Part shown: one piece after another, positions 1 through 12,879 of the stretch
How positions within the stretch are numbered: the first letter of the stretch is position 1
Layout of the letters: the number at the start of each line of letters is the position of its first letter
Source: Octopus vulgaris
Taxonomy: Eukaryota
Assembly (NCBI GenBank): GCA_951406725.2
Contig: OX597820.1
Coordinates: 53,630,001-53,694,000 of the forward strand
Reading direction: 5' to 3'
Length of the DNA: 64,000 nt
Program-made: the position numbers and the translations under genes
The notes under the pieces: model-generated
Database searches by the model: none
Seen by the model: only the letters and a program-made list of their open reading frames with translations
What the model was told of the DNA's origin: nothing

Positions 1-359
1 ATTTTGCTCACTGTGAACTTTCATTTCAGTGAATTGATGGCTGTGATTCTTACCTGTAATCCTTCAGGGCGAAGGCACAAGTTTAAATATAGTTCAGACC
101 ATACAAATTATATATTGATTGAAGAAATCTACATAGTTATTTTCGTCCCGAGAGAACTGCTTCACCTTTATCACATCTATGTGTACATAACAAACTTAAT
201 TCATTATTGCAAAGGATACTGCGACACCGGTGTTTCAACATAAATCGAAAATTCTTTGCACTACTGTGTATTGGAGTCATAGTCATCGTAAAAGAGTTAT
301 TTGCTGATGAACACAACAGCGATGAGCATGTACACGTTCGAATCTACCAGAATTATTAT

Positions 360-798
360 GGAGTGGCTGTGTGGTAAGTAGTTTACTTACCAACAACATG
401 GTTCCGGGTCCAGTCCCACTGCGTGGAACCTTGGACAAGTGTCTTCTGCTATAGCCTCGGGTCGACCAAAGCCTTGTGAGTGGATTTGGTAGACGGAGAC
501 TGAAAGAAGCCTGTCGTATATATGTTTACATAAATATATATATTTATATATATATATGTATGTATGTGTGTGTAAATATTGTGTGTCTGTGTGTGTACCC
601 CCCTCCCAATATCGCTTGACAACCGATGCTGGTGTGTTTACGTCCACGTAACTTAGCGGTTCGGCGAAAATAGACCGATAGAATAAGTACTAGGCTTACA
701 AAGAATGAGTTCTGGGGTCGATTTGCTCGACTAAAGGCGGTGCTCCAGCATGGCCGCAGTCAAATTACTGAAACAAGTAAAAGAGAGTAAAAGAGAGT
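360..798 (+). mobile_element. tRNA-derived SINE, family A (near full length)
   Basis: A-box-like TGGCTGTGTGG, B-box-like GGTCCAGTCCC, internal (TA)/(TG) microsatellite and 3' tail GGCGGTGCTCCAGCATGGCCGCAGTCAAAT..GAAACAAGTAAAAGA. More than 10 homologous copies occur in this window. Confidence 0.9.
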
Positions 799-1540
799 GA
801 GGCATCGTTTCAAATTAAATTATAGGACAAACTGTAAGAATAATTACCGTTCTTGCAAGTTTCACTTCGATAAATTTTACATATGCTTCGGCAGTAAATC
901 ATTCTGCGAGATGGCTTGGAATAAGATTTCTCTGAGTAGCAGTTCTGCAATCACTCATATCATTTCCCTCTGATGAAATCCATATAAAATGAAGTGATAG
1001 TTAATTTCTTCTTATAAAGTCCATTCTCCAAGAAGAAATGTTCTTTCATATCAAGAGCCAAATTAATTTTCTTTCCAAATAGTTTTAAAATTCAGGTTAC
1101 AACTTCCAAACAGGATAACAAAATTATATCGTGAAGGAAATATGGAAAAACAGGATCAGAAAAGAGAAATTATATACTGAAGGAAAAAGTTTAAGGCCAG
1201 GGTAGCGAAAAAATGTGGATTATTTCTAAAAGGTGAGTAAAGATCAGTGAATTTGTGACTGGACATCATGAGGGGAAATCACTAAGTCGCTAAGCCAAGT
1301 CACGAAGTATCAAAGGTAATAGACGCTCTATCGAGTGATGTTTAGAATTGAAGAATTTTCAAAAAAGAAACTATTGCATTGTATCTCATGTCTCTTTTTA
1401 AAAGTTCTTCAACGTTAAGCCCATATTTCATTGTGAAGACCCAAGAGCTCTCCATGGGCCTTAGAATGAAACTTCGAATAGCGGGACATTTTTTAGCTAG
1501 GATATTTTTTTGCATGTAAGTGTACATATACGCATTTATG

Positions 1541-1581
<41 letters not shown>

Positions 1582-1747
1582 ATGTTTCTAAATATATACA
1601 TACACCTGTAAATGTGTATGGATATATATATATATATACATATATACATATATATATTTATTTATATATATATATATATATAGAGAGAGATAGATAGATA
1701 GATAGATAGTTATAGATATAAACATACATATATACATATATATATAT

Positions 1748-1800
<53 letters not shown>

Positions 1801-2430
1801 TAATTATATATATATACATACATTGCATATGGGTACATACATACGTACACAACACATCCTATGCGATAGACAGCAAAAAAACACAGACAACAGGTCGCCA
1901 TTTATAAAGCAGCAGGAAGGATATCATTATGCCACAAAAACTAATTACGTTGCTCTATATACAGTAAGTTATAGCTAATACAATAACTTCTGCTTTAACT
2001 TCATATTTTACAGCCACCTTTACACATTTTGCCTTTTAGTTTGGCATTTGGATTCCTTTGTTTGTCTCGCTCTTGGGGTGACGGTCCTTATTTTTTAATA
2101 TATATATATATATTTTTTTTGCTGGCTGTTGTTTTCTTGCTGTTGCTTTTGATATTGTTGCTGTTGTTGTTTCTTTGATTTTATTGCTTTTGCTATTTAT
2201 TTGTTTATTTTTTTCCTAATCTTGGTCATGTTATTATATTTTTCTGAGTGATGTATTATTTTCGGTATTGATTCTGTTATTCAAAAAAGAATCTCTATCT
2301 CTACCATATATTTTTCTTCATCTGTCTCCATATCACTACCACACTGTCTCTATCCCTCTGTTCCTCTCTTTCACTCTTTATATATATATATATATATGTA
2401 TTTATATATACATACATTTGTGTGTGTAAG

Positions 2431-2479
<49 letters not shown>

Positions 2480-2715
2480 GTATGTATACATATATTAATG
2501 CATACATACATATACATGCATATTTAGGAGATTATGTAAATGTAACCTTAGAAATCATCTATTTTGTCAGATTAGCTGATGAACATAAATTTTTAATTTC
2601 CTTTTGTATATTTTCTCACACACGCATACACATACACTCATGCAAAAAAACATCTCATACACATCATCCACGCACACATATACATTCATATATATAAATA
2701 TATATATATGTGTGT

Positions 2716-2758
<43 letters not shown>

Positions 2759-2868
2759 TGTGTGTGTGTGTGTAAACACACATACATACATACATACACA
2801 TGTATGAAACTAGCAAGATAGATAGATAGATAGAAAGAAAGAAATGTACGTGTATTTATATCTCTCTC

Positions 2869-2901
<33 letters not shown>

Positions 2902-3179
2902 CAACAAAGACACGCACATATAATATAGTTTACAGTGTCTATTTTGGTTTGTGTGTACCGCGATTTCATTAAAAGTAGCCCATTGTGGCAATAAAACTTT
3001 TCGATTTATGTAGTTATAAATACAAGCCTTTTTACCAAAAATAACTTCTAGGTGTTTTGTTTTTCTCCCAGCCCTTGAAATTAGAAAACCCAAAAATATT
3101 ACTCCTTTCATAAACAGAGGAAATTTTTTTATAGCAAATACCGTTAACATAAAATTATGTAAGGAAATAAGCACTATAT

Positions 3180-4691
3180 CACCTTGGTCACCTTGACCGA
3201 CCAGTCCGTCAGGCGTCCATTTGACACCGCTGGTCACAGCACGCTGTCCACTCCTCTCTGGATCGCGCCTTTCTCATCCACGTGATCCCAATCCTGAAAT
3301 CGCAACTCCACCGTCGTAGAGGTCTTCCGGGTGGTCTTTTCCGCTCACGCGGGTACCACTCGACAATTGCTTGCGCCCACCGATTATCGGTGAGCCGGGC
3401 GACGTCTCCAGCCCATCTATACTTGCTGCGTGTATACTCTGCGATGACATCTCTCACGCCGGACTTCTTTCTGATGATCTTGTTACTTATGTGCTCTCTC
3501 AACGAGATACAAAGCATTGACCTTTCCATGGCTCTTTGAGCCGTTACTAGTCTTTGCTCTTCTCTCTTTGTGGTAGCCCATGTTTCACTACTATATAACA
3601 TTGCAGGCAGAACTGCACTGTAAATGAGGTTGGCGCGGGCGGTCCTGTCCAACCTTCCCTTGAGCACATCCCTTATGCCTTTGAACGCCTTCCATCCGGC
3701 CCTTACTCTCCGTGAGATCTCCTTTTTGATATCCCGGCACATATTTACTTCCTGTCCCAGGTAGACACATTCCCTCACCTCCTCTATTTCATCACTGCCG
3801 ATCACCATTCGACCTGTTGGTACATTGTCTGACCGCATGTACTTTGTTTTCATGCGGTTCATCTTGAGACCTGCTGCAGAACTTTTGATGTCGAGCTCTG
3901 TCAGCATGGTCTGAAGCTGATCCATGTTTTCAGCGATGACTACGATGTCGTCAGCGAAGCGGAGGTGAGTGAGGAGCTCGCCGTTGATGTTGATACCACC
4001 TTGCCAGTCGATGCCTCTGATGATCTGTTCGAGACATGCAGTGAAAAGTTTTGGGGAGATTGTATCTCCTTGCTTCACTCCTTTCTCGACCGGCACTCGT
4101 ATGGGTGATGAAAATAAAGCTATGTCGGTGGTGCATCCGGAATTTGCCTCTCTGAGTAGCTGCACATATTGCGCTTCGATTCCTTGCCTCTGCAGCGAGT
4201 CCAGCACTGCGTTGGTTTCAACGCTATCGAAGGCCTTCTCATAATCTATAAACGCAACGCAAAGAGGCAGCTTGTACTTATTTGCTCGCTCAAGCAGTTG
4301 CGTTAGAGTAAATATATGGTCCATTGTGCTGTAGTTCTTCCGGAAGCCTGCTTGTTCCCTCGGTTGTTGTTCGTCGAGACGACGTGACAACCTGTTCAGA
4401 ATTATCTTCGTGAACAGCTTGTACACGTGAGACAGCAGGCATATGGGTCGGTAGTTCTCTAGATCTTCTCTGTCGTCCTTATTATACAGAAGAGGAAAAA
4501 TATGAAGAGGACTATTGAAGATCACCTTGAATATTCCATTCTTAGCAGTGATTCGTCAGCAACTAAAGAAAGACTTTGAGGCATACCGGATGGAGAAGCT
4601 CTTGAAAGCCGCAGAGGAAAAGAAGAGCCTCAAGAAATGCAAGAGGGACATGGTACTATATAGATCGGAGGTGACGGCCCTGAAAAATACA
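3180..4691 (-). mobile_element. RTE-clade non-LTR retrotransposon, 5'-truncated with an inverted 5' segment
   Basis: RT ORF on the minus strand followed by a short repeat tail (CAAGGTGAC-CAAGGTGA). Segment 4485-4690 encodes RTE linker-like peptide on the + strand. 11-bp TSD AAGCACTATAT at 3169-3179 and 4692-4702. Confidence 0.93.
3209..4487 (-). CDS. Reverse transcriptase (RTE-type, N-terminally truncated, frame open)
   Basis: ORF 3209..4525 contains NYRPICLLS, EQAGFR, FIDYEKAFDSV, KGVKQGDTISPKLF, LRFADDIV, YLGQ, Y-S-ETW and GRPLRRW, the canonical non-LTR RT motifs of RTE elements. Residues upstream of about 4487 are read-through into the inverted segment. Confidence 0.92.
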
Positions 4692-4837
4692 AAGCACTAT
4701 ATAGCAATGTGTAAATACAAATTTAATTGTTATCAATAGAAATTCAGATTGACAAAATAAGACCTTAAAAATAACAAAAAAAATGTCCGTGACAGAGAGA
4801 GAGAGAGAGAGAAGAGAAAGTGTATGGTTTTCATATA

Positions 4838-5053
4838 CGTGGGGTTGCTGAAAATTTCTTGGCTTTCGGTAAAAGACAACCGAGGAGGATCTGTTAACTA
4901 TGATTTCATTCAACATATTCACCTCTCCGATTAACACACGTATTTCAGCGGGTCTTCAGTTTTTCTGAGCCCCGTAAAAGGACTTGGAATTTTAGGCATC
5001 CAACCAGGCCTTTCGTGATAACCTTAAAACAAGGAATTGTTCAGCACCCCTCG
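4838..5053. mobile_element. Tc1/mariner-type MITE
   Basis: Imperfect TIRs CGTGGGGTTGCTGAAAATTTCTTG (left) and CAAGGAATTGTTCAGCACCCCTCG (right), flanked by TA at 4836-4837 and 5054-5055. Non-coding interior. Confidence 0.7.
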
Positions 5054-5061
5054 TATATGTG

Positions 5062-5105
<44 letters not shown>

Positions 5106-5116
5106 TGCGTGTGTGT

Positions 5117-5399
5117 TGCCGAGATCTTACCTACTCCATTCCGTAAATCTTGTATACTTATTCGCACACCGGTCACTTAGGTCACTTACTTCAAAAGTGT
5201 AACTGCACGTGATTGTTGGTGATTTGTTTCCCCCTTCGTCTTGGAAATACCTGTTTCTTTCTGTTTCCGAAGAAAAGCTATACTCGAAATGTAAAACTTC
5301 TACACTTTGCCTTCTCTAAGCGTCTTATTAATACATTGCTTGAGCCACACCCAAACGTTTGTATTTTTTTCCTTTTCTTGTTGCTGTTTATAAAATTGT

Positions 5400-5401
<2 letters not shown>
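5117..5401 (+). mobile_element. Penelope-like pseudo-LTR 3' fragment with degenerate hammerhead-like motif
   Basis: Shares CTACTCCATTCCGTAA with 5759-5774. TTTCCGAAGAAAAGCTATACTCGAAATGT is similar to the motif at 28100-28135. T-rich tail ends in (TA)n. Confidence 0.55.
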
Positions 5402-5465
<64 letters not shown>

Positions 5466-5468
<3 letters not shown>

Positions 5469-6560
5469 AATATAAGAGTTACGGAGTGGAGTAGTTAAGA
5501 TCCAGGCTACATACCGGGGCCGGAATCTCAGAAACGGTAAAAAATCCAAGCGAGGAGGCTATCGCTGGCTATCCTTCAGGCCAAGCATATTTTGATTAAA
5601 TTAAAGGTTACATTTGACGCACGGATATACACATTGACATACGAAGATTCAATCAGATGTCCTTGGCCTGAAGACTTACCGGCAGAATACTCCTTGCTTG
5701 GATTTTTAGCACCTTCTGAGGTTCCGCCGCGATGAAATATGAGTAGCTCGGATTTTGTCTACTCCATTCCGTAACTCAAATGTCCCGGTCACGCTCCATT
5801 TCCGCTCTACTGGTCATTCACTACAACTGTCTGTGTTCGGATTGTCTTTTCACAGTGGCCATCTGGACTTCCGCCTTCGCCGTGAACAGAAATTAATCTT
5901 GTCTCTTCGCTCCTTTGCGTCATATGGGCTGAACTTCCATCTGACTCGCCTCCTCTAGTCTCTTCAGCTGACACCTACTTCCTCTCTTCATTTCCACATA
6001 CCTTTATTCTTCATTGATACTACCCCCACGCCTAACACCCCACACCTCACACACCCACATCCCCACAGCTACACACCCGCACACCACATCAAACAACCAC
6101 AACACATCACACCACTCCACAACACTAGCACTACCACCGCCTGGCATTCACACCAAACACTATTATCCGCACGTTACAGATGCATACACATATACACGCA
6201 CACATCCACACACGTCAAAGTCACTTGCCCCTATCCACACACACACACATTCTCAAATACACACGCACGCGCACGTGCACTTCTTTTGGGGATCACCAAT
6301 ACTTTATTATCTCTCCTTCTTTCGACTTCTGTCAATCCGATCTTTTTTATAACGAGTCGACATGCTTCACTGCTAAATCCACATGTTTTTTTTCTTAATT
6401 CTCTTTCTGTTTATCTTATCGTATTCCTTTCTGCTGACAAGCGTAGGTTCGAAACGTAAAAGACATTTTTATTTTTCCCGAGTGTCAAACTAATACACCT
6501 ATTTCTTTTTCTTACACCCATCTTTGTCTTTTGTTTTTCTGTAAATTTCAACTATATAAA
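5466..6560 (+). mobile_element. Non-autonomous Penelope-like element: long 5' hairpin, GIY-YIG C-terminal remnant, CA-rich spacer and pLTR-like tail
   Basis: ORF 5755..5958 (PVTLHFRSTGHS..LSVFGL...RLRREQKLILSLRSFASYGLN) matches the C-terminus of PLE GIY-YIG endonucleases. CTGACAAGCGTAGGTTCGAAACGT at about 6435-6458. Bounded by TA-rich microsatellites. Confidence 0.75.
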
Positions 6561-6581
6561 TATGTGTGTGTGCGTGTGTGT

Positions 6582-6625
<44 letters not shown>

Positions 6626-6789
6626 ATGTGTGTGTATGTATAGATAAGCTTATATATGTCTATGTGCATGTTTGTGTATATTGTATTTGGCGAAGTCCTG
6701 TGTTTTGAGGAGGGTAGAACGAACTCTGAGTTACTATTGATCCCAGATCTACTCTGACCTTGATTAGTAGCACCTTTCAGGGATTCTGT

Positions 6790-7120
6790 TATGGCTTAAT
6801 TGGCATATCATGGCTTGCATACGTATACATGTGGAGATTGGATCAGGTGAACTTTGCGGAAGACACTTCCTTTGTTCAATGGAGTGGAAGGCGGCCGCAG
6901 CAACGCATTGTGGAATACAGAAAACAAGATGAAGCAAGGAAGTAATCTTGGTTATCGACCGCATCAGTTTCCATCTCCAGTCGTCATGACCTAGTCTTGC
7001 CATTGGATGGAAGGTGGCTACGGACGATCGTGAAGCTGACAGGAGGCAGCTCTGCCTTACTTTCAACAAGTCACCACGCAACACATCAGTCTCTTAAGCA
7101 TGACTTGATGATCATCATTG
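6790..7120 (+). mobile_element. Highly degenerate LINE (RTE-like) 3' end
   Basis: Higher-GC block with a WL-x-x-V-like peptide remnant, ending in TCTCTTAAGCATGACTTGATGATCATC, which resembles RTE (GAT)n tails. Weak. Confidence 0.35.
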
Positions 7121-7436
7121 CTCGAACGGATGAACATGATCATGTGTATAATATCCATATCTCTTTCTCTTAGTTTCTACAGATGTATGGATAATATTTT
7201 TATTGATTCCCTAACTTTTTTATATCGTTTGTACTATTTTTCATCAAATTGAAGTTTTCGGAGATATCTGATCTAATGACATGACGCAGGTTAGATAATC
7301 TATGCTTCTGTGTTTGTGCGTTTGTATGTATGTATGTATGTATGTATCTATGTATGCTATGTATGTATGTATGAGTGTATATTTATATATATGTATATAT
7401 TGTGCATGTGTATATATGTATATATATGTGTGTATG

Positions 7437-7477
<41 letters not shown>

Positions 7478-8439
7478 GATACATACATATATATATATAT
7501 ATATGTATATATATATGTGTGTGTATATAATGTATGTATATATATACATACATACATACATACATATATATATATATATACATATATAAAACTGAGTGAC
7601 AATGATTGCATGTCCTGGTTAGAATCGTGAGTGGAGAAATGTTGCCTGATATTCTTTTATGGTCGACGGAACAAGCAATGAAATATTAGAAACTGAATTG
7701 AATACAACCTTCTCAGAAAACAATATAGAGGAAATGGATGAGCAGATATAGTATTGTATTACTGACTTCTTGTATGTCAGTTAAGATCGACTGCAGACTT
7801 TTCGATGACCTCTCTTCATCCGCTGTTATATGAAACCAATATGCACCAACCAGCTGTTGTGGTATAAGTTAGACTGTGGCTAGGCGATCCATTACAATTT
7901 GGCTACTTTAAACACATTGAATAAGAAGCTGAGGGTTAAAGTTGACATATTGCAACGTGGCGTAACCAAGCATGTTTCAGTGGCCCGCACTACTTAAATG
8001 ATTTCCATGTATATATTATATGATTATCGGTGCAATAAATTTATTTAAGACAAGGGCGCATTGGTTGATTTTAACTGTAGATAGTTTTAGATTGCATCTG
8101 CAGTGCCAGTCGGTCGCTCACTCGTGTTTGTAGGCCTTTTACCCAGTAGTGGGAAAGCAAGTCTTTTTACTCACACGCGCACACACACATACACGAACAA
8201 ACAAACCAGCACACACAACTATACACGCACAAATATTCATGGGAACCAGTACGCGAGTGTTCCTATGTGTGTACGCATGTATGCATGCATAGATGTATAA
8301 GGGAGTTATATGCATTATTATTGTTACACAGAAGAAGATAAAGAGTTTTAAAAAACATTATTCCCAGTGACAGTTTGTCATGAAATAGAAAACAAAGATT
8401 ACTAATGGCTGATATCGGAAAACCTTAACTGGAAAGAAA

Positions 8440-8670
8440 ATGATCTTAGAATATCCCTCATAAAAATTAGTCAAACCACTTGAGATACTTTACTAAGTCT
8501 CCTTACAGGAGATAAATGTCAACAAAAAGTAGGTATAATATATCATAGCCATAAGGGATAGAGCAGAACAGTTGCCAGCGCTTACATTTTATAACTTTGC
8601 AAGGTCATGGAACGAATTGTTAGGTAAAAAAAATGTTATTACTTTATTAGCAGAGAATAATTTGCTTAAG
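8440..8670 (+). mobile_element. Degenerate CR1-like LINE RT N-terminal fragment
   Basis: TGCAAGGTCATGGAACGAATTGTTAGG encodes CKVMERIVR and is followed by LAENNLL. Frameshifted. Confidence 0.45.
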
Positions 8671-9580
8671 TCGATCATAACGTAGTTGAAAAATTAAGAC
8701 TATGGTTGCAAAATTCTTAAAAGGATGGAAGTCAAGTTTTTATGGTGCCAAATCTTAATTGGATATTTCAATAAATTAAACAGAATTCCTTATTATATTT
8801 AGGAACAAGCACTGATATACACTCACTTATTAGAATTACTATTATTACTAGTTACGAAATAAAGTTAGGAATCTCAACGATATCAACATTCGACAAAACT
8901 CACTATGATGGACATTTTAAAGCTCTTTACATACGTTCACTATTGCAGTGTAACATGGGTAGACGGTCAGATGATGGAGTTGTCTCACATTCAAAATGGA
9001 TACGGAGCCTGAGTATTATAGTAAGTAATAGCTTACCATTTCTAGCAGAAACTGCTACTTAGCAACAACGTGTAGGAGACAATCATCTTCAACAAGTGAA
9101 CTCGTGGTCACATTAGTTTACGTCTGATTGCTGCTCCCTGATATAAATCGCTCATAGCATTTACTACAGAAACGGAAGCAATTCAAACATCCTACATTTA
9201 AAAAAATAGCGGCTATGGAGTAGTTAATCCATAGGGAGAGGCTAAAGCTTAAGTTCTTTCGAGCGCAGAAAAAGTAGTATTCTGTAATATGAAATATAGA
9301 TTTGCTGCTAATAGCTTGTTGAACGGATTAGTGTTTTATGCATTGCGCGCTGACATGAAATTCAATGCGGTCAAGACAAAGATTATATCTGTTGGCAAGT
9401 CGATCGCTGAAAGGTTGTCTGTCATACTCTATCCCGAGATACATTGAGTGAGGTCGATCAATTCAAATAGGTTTGGGATAGATTCTGTGTTACAGACAAG
9501 GAAGACACGCAACGACACACACACGTACACATATATGTATGAGCGTGAGTTGTTTGCGTTTGTGTGTGTGTGTGTGTGTG

Positions 9581-9678
9581 TTAAGGGTACACGTGTCTGT
9601 GGAGTGGTCAGCCACTTGCACGTTAATTTCACAAGCAGGCTGTTCCGTTGATTTGATCAACTAGAACCAACGTCGTCG
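9581..9678 (+). mobile_element. SINE-like repeat family D, 3' fragment
   Basis: Homologous to 12958-13070 (CACGTT-ATTTCAC-AGCAGGCTGTTCC-TTGAT...CGTCGTCG). Confidence 0.6.
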
Positions 9679-10333
9679 CATATATATATATATATTGTTA
9701 TATATATTGTTATATATATATATATGGTGTAGTGTTCTGTTTTTGAAGGATTGCAATTCATGCTAGAAAACCTCGTCTGCAGATTGTACTATTACAACAC
9801 GAAACTTATTAAGTTCATATTTAAATCCTATGTTTGTTAAATGATGTGCGCATATATAAACATGTGTGTGTGTGTGTGTGTGTGCGTACGAGTGTATGTA
9901 CCTGTGTGTGAATGTATGTGTGTGTTGTGTCTATGTGTGTAATAAACTATACATAATATATTTCAAAGTTTTCCCGAACACGATACAGTTGTTTCAGAAT
10001 ATAATTTCATTGAAATATATAGACAAATTATGCTTTCAACAGCTGTTTGCAAAGTTGTATTAGAATTTTTCAGATTATATAGCCTATGGTGTACACAGAG
10101 AATATATGCATCAAAAATGGAAAATGGTAAACAAAAATGCGCTCCTTATTTTTTTTGTAAAAGTTGTTGCAAGAGAACATGAAGGAAGATGATATTTACA
10201 TGAAGATGGAATTAAGAATTCACTTAGAAACAGTTATTCTGTAATCTTCTATTGTTTGTCTGACTTCATGAGTTTGTATGTAAATACATATACACACATA
10301 AACATACGTACAGACAGACAAGTACGTAGGTAT

Positions 10334-10334
<1 letters not shown>

Positions 10335-10394
<60 letters not shown>

Positions 10395-10409
10395 CAGATA
10401 GATAGATAG

Positions 10410-10505
<96 letters not shown>
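10335..10505. repeat. (GATA)n microsatellite
   Basis: Long, nearly pure GATA tract seen directly. Confidence 0.95.
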
Positions 10506-10979
10506 TCGTTGATTTCAATCAGAGATTTAAAACTAGTTGTTCCCCTTGCGAGATCAGCGACTGTGAGTCGCTTTGAAAAGTATATTCTGTGAGTAAGGTT
10601 TAGCTGACTGCTGTGTCTAGCCAGGCGGTTGTCCAGCATCGAAGTAGAGAAGTAACCCAGAAACCATGTGTCTGCTGGTACTGCCAACGGTTAGAAGGGA
10701 GCAGTGATCCCCCTTGCTTACAGTATGTCTGACACAGATCATGGGTCGATAAACCAGCTAGAAAAGATGTTTTCCTGGGGTTAATAAGTAGTAACATAGT
10801 TCTAGTAAGGACTGCCAAGTTATGTTGGCAAATAAACTTTACTGTATCTATATATATATATACACCTCAAACACTCACTCACACACAAAACACACACACA
10901 CAAAACACACACATACACACACACATGCAAGCACACACATACATACATACATACATACATACATACATACATACATACA

Positions 10980-11011
<32 letters not shown>

Positions 11012-11029
11012 GATATAGCTTTTTACCTT

Positions 11030-11355
11030 TCACTTGTGTCAATCAAAGGAAAGCGAATAAGCTTGGGTAGCGTTTTAAAGTGTTTAATCGAACAAATAGA
11101 CCCCAATGTTCGCAATTTAAATCTGGTACTTATTCTATCGGCCCAATACGCTGCAGTAATACGTTATATCGGTCGTGACCAAAATTCCAGTTGTTAAGCA
11201 ATGGTGGAGTACAAATCCAAATTCAAACGTAGTCAATTCGCTTACAAGGCTTTAGTCCGCCCGGGGCTAAATTAGAACACGCTTGCCCAGAAGTAATACT
11301 GAACCGCAAATCACAGGGTTACCAAATGAACTGTGAGATAATTAACCGCACTGTC
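11030..11355 (-). mobile_element. SINE family A, old degenerate copy
   Basis: Diverged reverse-complement similarity (TACTTATTCTATCGG, ACAAGGCTTTAGTCCGCCCGGGGCTA, CTTGCCCAG). Confidence 0.55.
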
Positions 11356-11359
11356 ATGC

Positions 11360-11414
<55 letters not shown>

Positions 11415-11416
<2 letters not shown>

Positions 11417-11808
11417 CGCAGGAGTGGCTGTGTGGTAGTAGCTTGCTTACCAACCACATGGTTCTGGGTTCAGTCCCACTGCGTGGCACCTTGGGCAATT
11501 GTCTTCTACTATAGCCTCGGGCCGACCAAAGCCTTGTGGGTGGATTTGGTAGACGGAAACTGAAAGAAGCCCGTTGTATATATGTATATTTATATATATG
11601 TATATATATATGCGTGTGTGTGTTTGTGTGTCTGTGTTTGTCCCCCTAGCATTGCTTGACAACCGATGCTGGTGTGATTATGTCCCCGTCACTTAGCGGT
11701 TAGAATAAGTACTAGGCTTACAAAAAATAATTCCCGGGGTCGAGTTGCTCGATTAAAGGCGGTGCTCCAGCATGGCCGCAGTCAAATGATTGAAACAAGT
11801 AAAAGAGT
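11415..11808 (+). mobile_element. SINE family A (full length, small internal deletion)
   Basis: GGCGCAGGAGTGGCTGTGTGG head, GGTTCAGTCCC B-box and the same tail as 360-798. Embedded in (TA)n. Confidence 0.9.
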
Positions 11809-11878
11809 ATATATATATATATATTGATAGATAGATGTGTGTATATATACATATATATATTGATAGATAGATGTGTGC

Positions 11879-11932
<54 letters not shown>

Positions 11933-12111
11933 ATACTCGCGCGCGCACTCACACGTATTTACAGGGAAATGTTGAGCATTTCCTAGTTTCAAGGGTGTAG
12001 TGAAAGTCCTTGTTGGAAGCCTAACCTTCCGAGTTCTTTTACAGGCTTAGAAAAACTGAAGGACTACTGGCTTGAATTCTCTTAATAACTTAAATAAATC
12101 TCAACGAGAAG

Positions 12112-12216
12112 CATACATACATACATACATACATACATACATACATACATACATACATACATACATACATACATACATACATACATACATACATACATAC
12201 ATACATACATACATAC
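12112..12216. repeat. (CATA)n microsatellite
   Basis: Pure tetranucleotide tract. Similar tracts occur at 10935-11005, 26885-26995 and 36105-36175. Confidence 0.95.
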
Positions 12217-12879
12217 AAAGTTGAGTAGCATTTTCATGCTTGGATTAGTCCCAAAGAATAGAATATCTGTATCTTATATGTTTTTGCATGCAGAATTCAA
12301 AAATAATGTCAAATAATCTGTATTACAGACTGTTTCTCTGTTCCGTGATATCCCAATCAGTTCCTGTTACGTGGGCTAAATTTCAGTTAAGTTGTTGAAA
12401 TGTGAAGCTAACGGTTTAAGAAATACTCCTAAGTAAATTAAATTCTTTATGAATAGAATTAACTTAGTGAAATCATAAATCCAGCTATTTGAGTCAATGT
12501 GTCCCAAAAATATATGAAATGAAAAATATGTAATACACAAAAGCACAGAAAAATATGAGATATACTAACACACAGAAAAATTAAAACACGCGGGTGAAAT
12601 CAACATAGACAACAGCGGTACAAACATCAGTGAACCGCAACACATTGCGGTTGTCATGGTAACAAGCTGCTAATGCCACACTGTCTGTTGATTGGCTAAA
12701 ATTACCCAAATTTCCCCAACTTTAATTCCAAATAACATCAGATTCTTTAATTTACGAGATAAAGTAATTGGTTGATCGTAATCAAAATTCAGAGATGCGT
12801 CGATACACCAAAATTGAAAGCAATCTGAGCAAAATTAAGGGCAGGGGGGGCTCATTTTGCGAATGAGAAAGATTAGATC

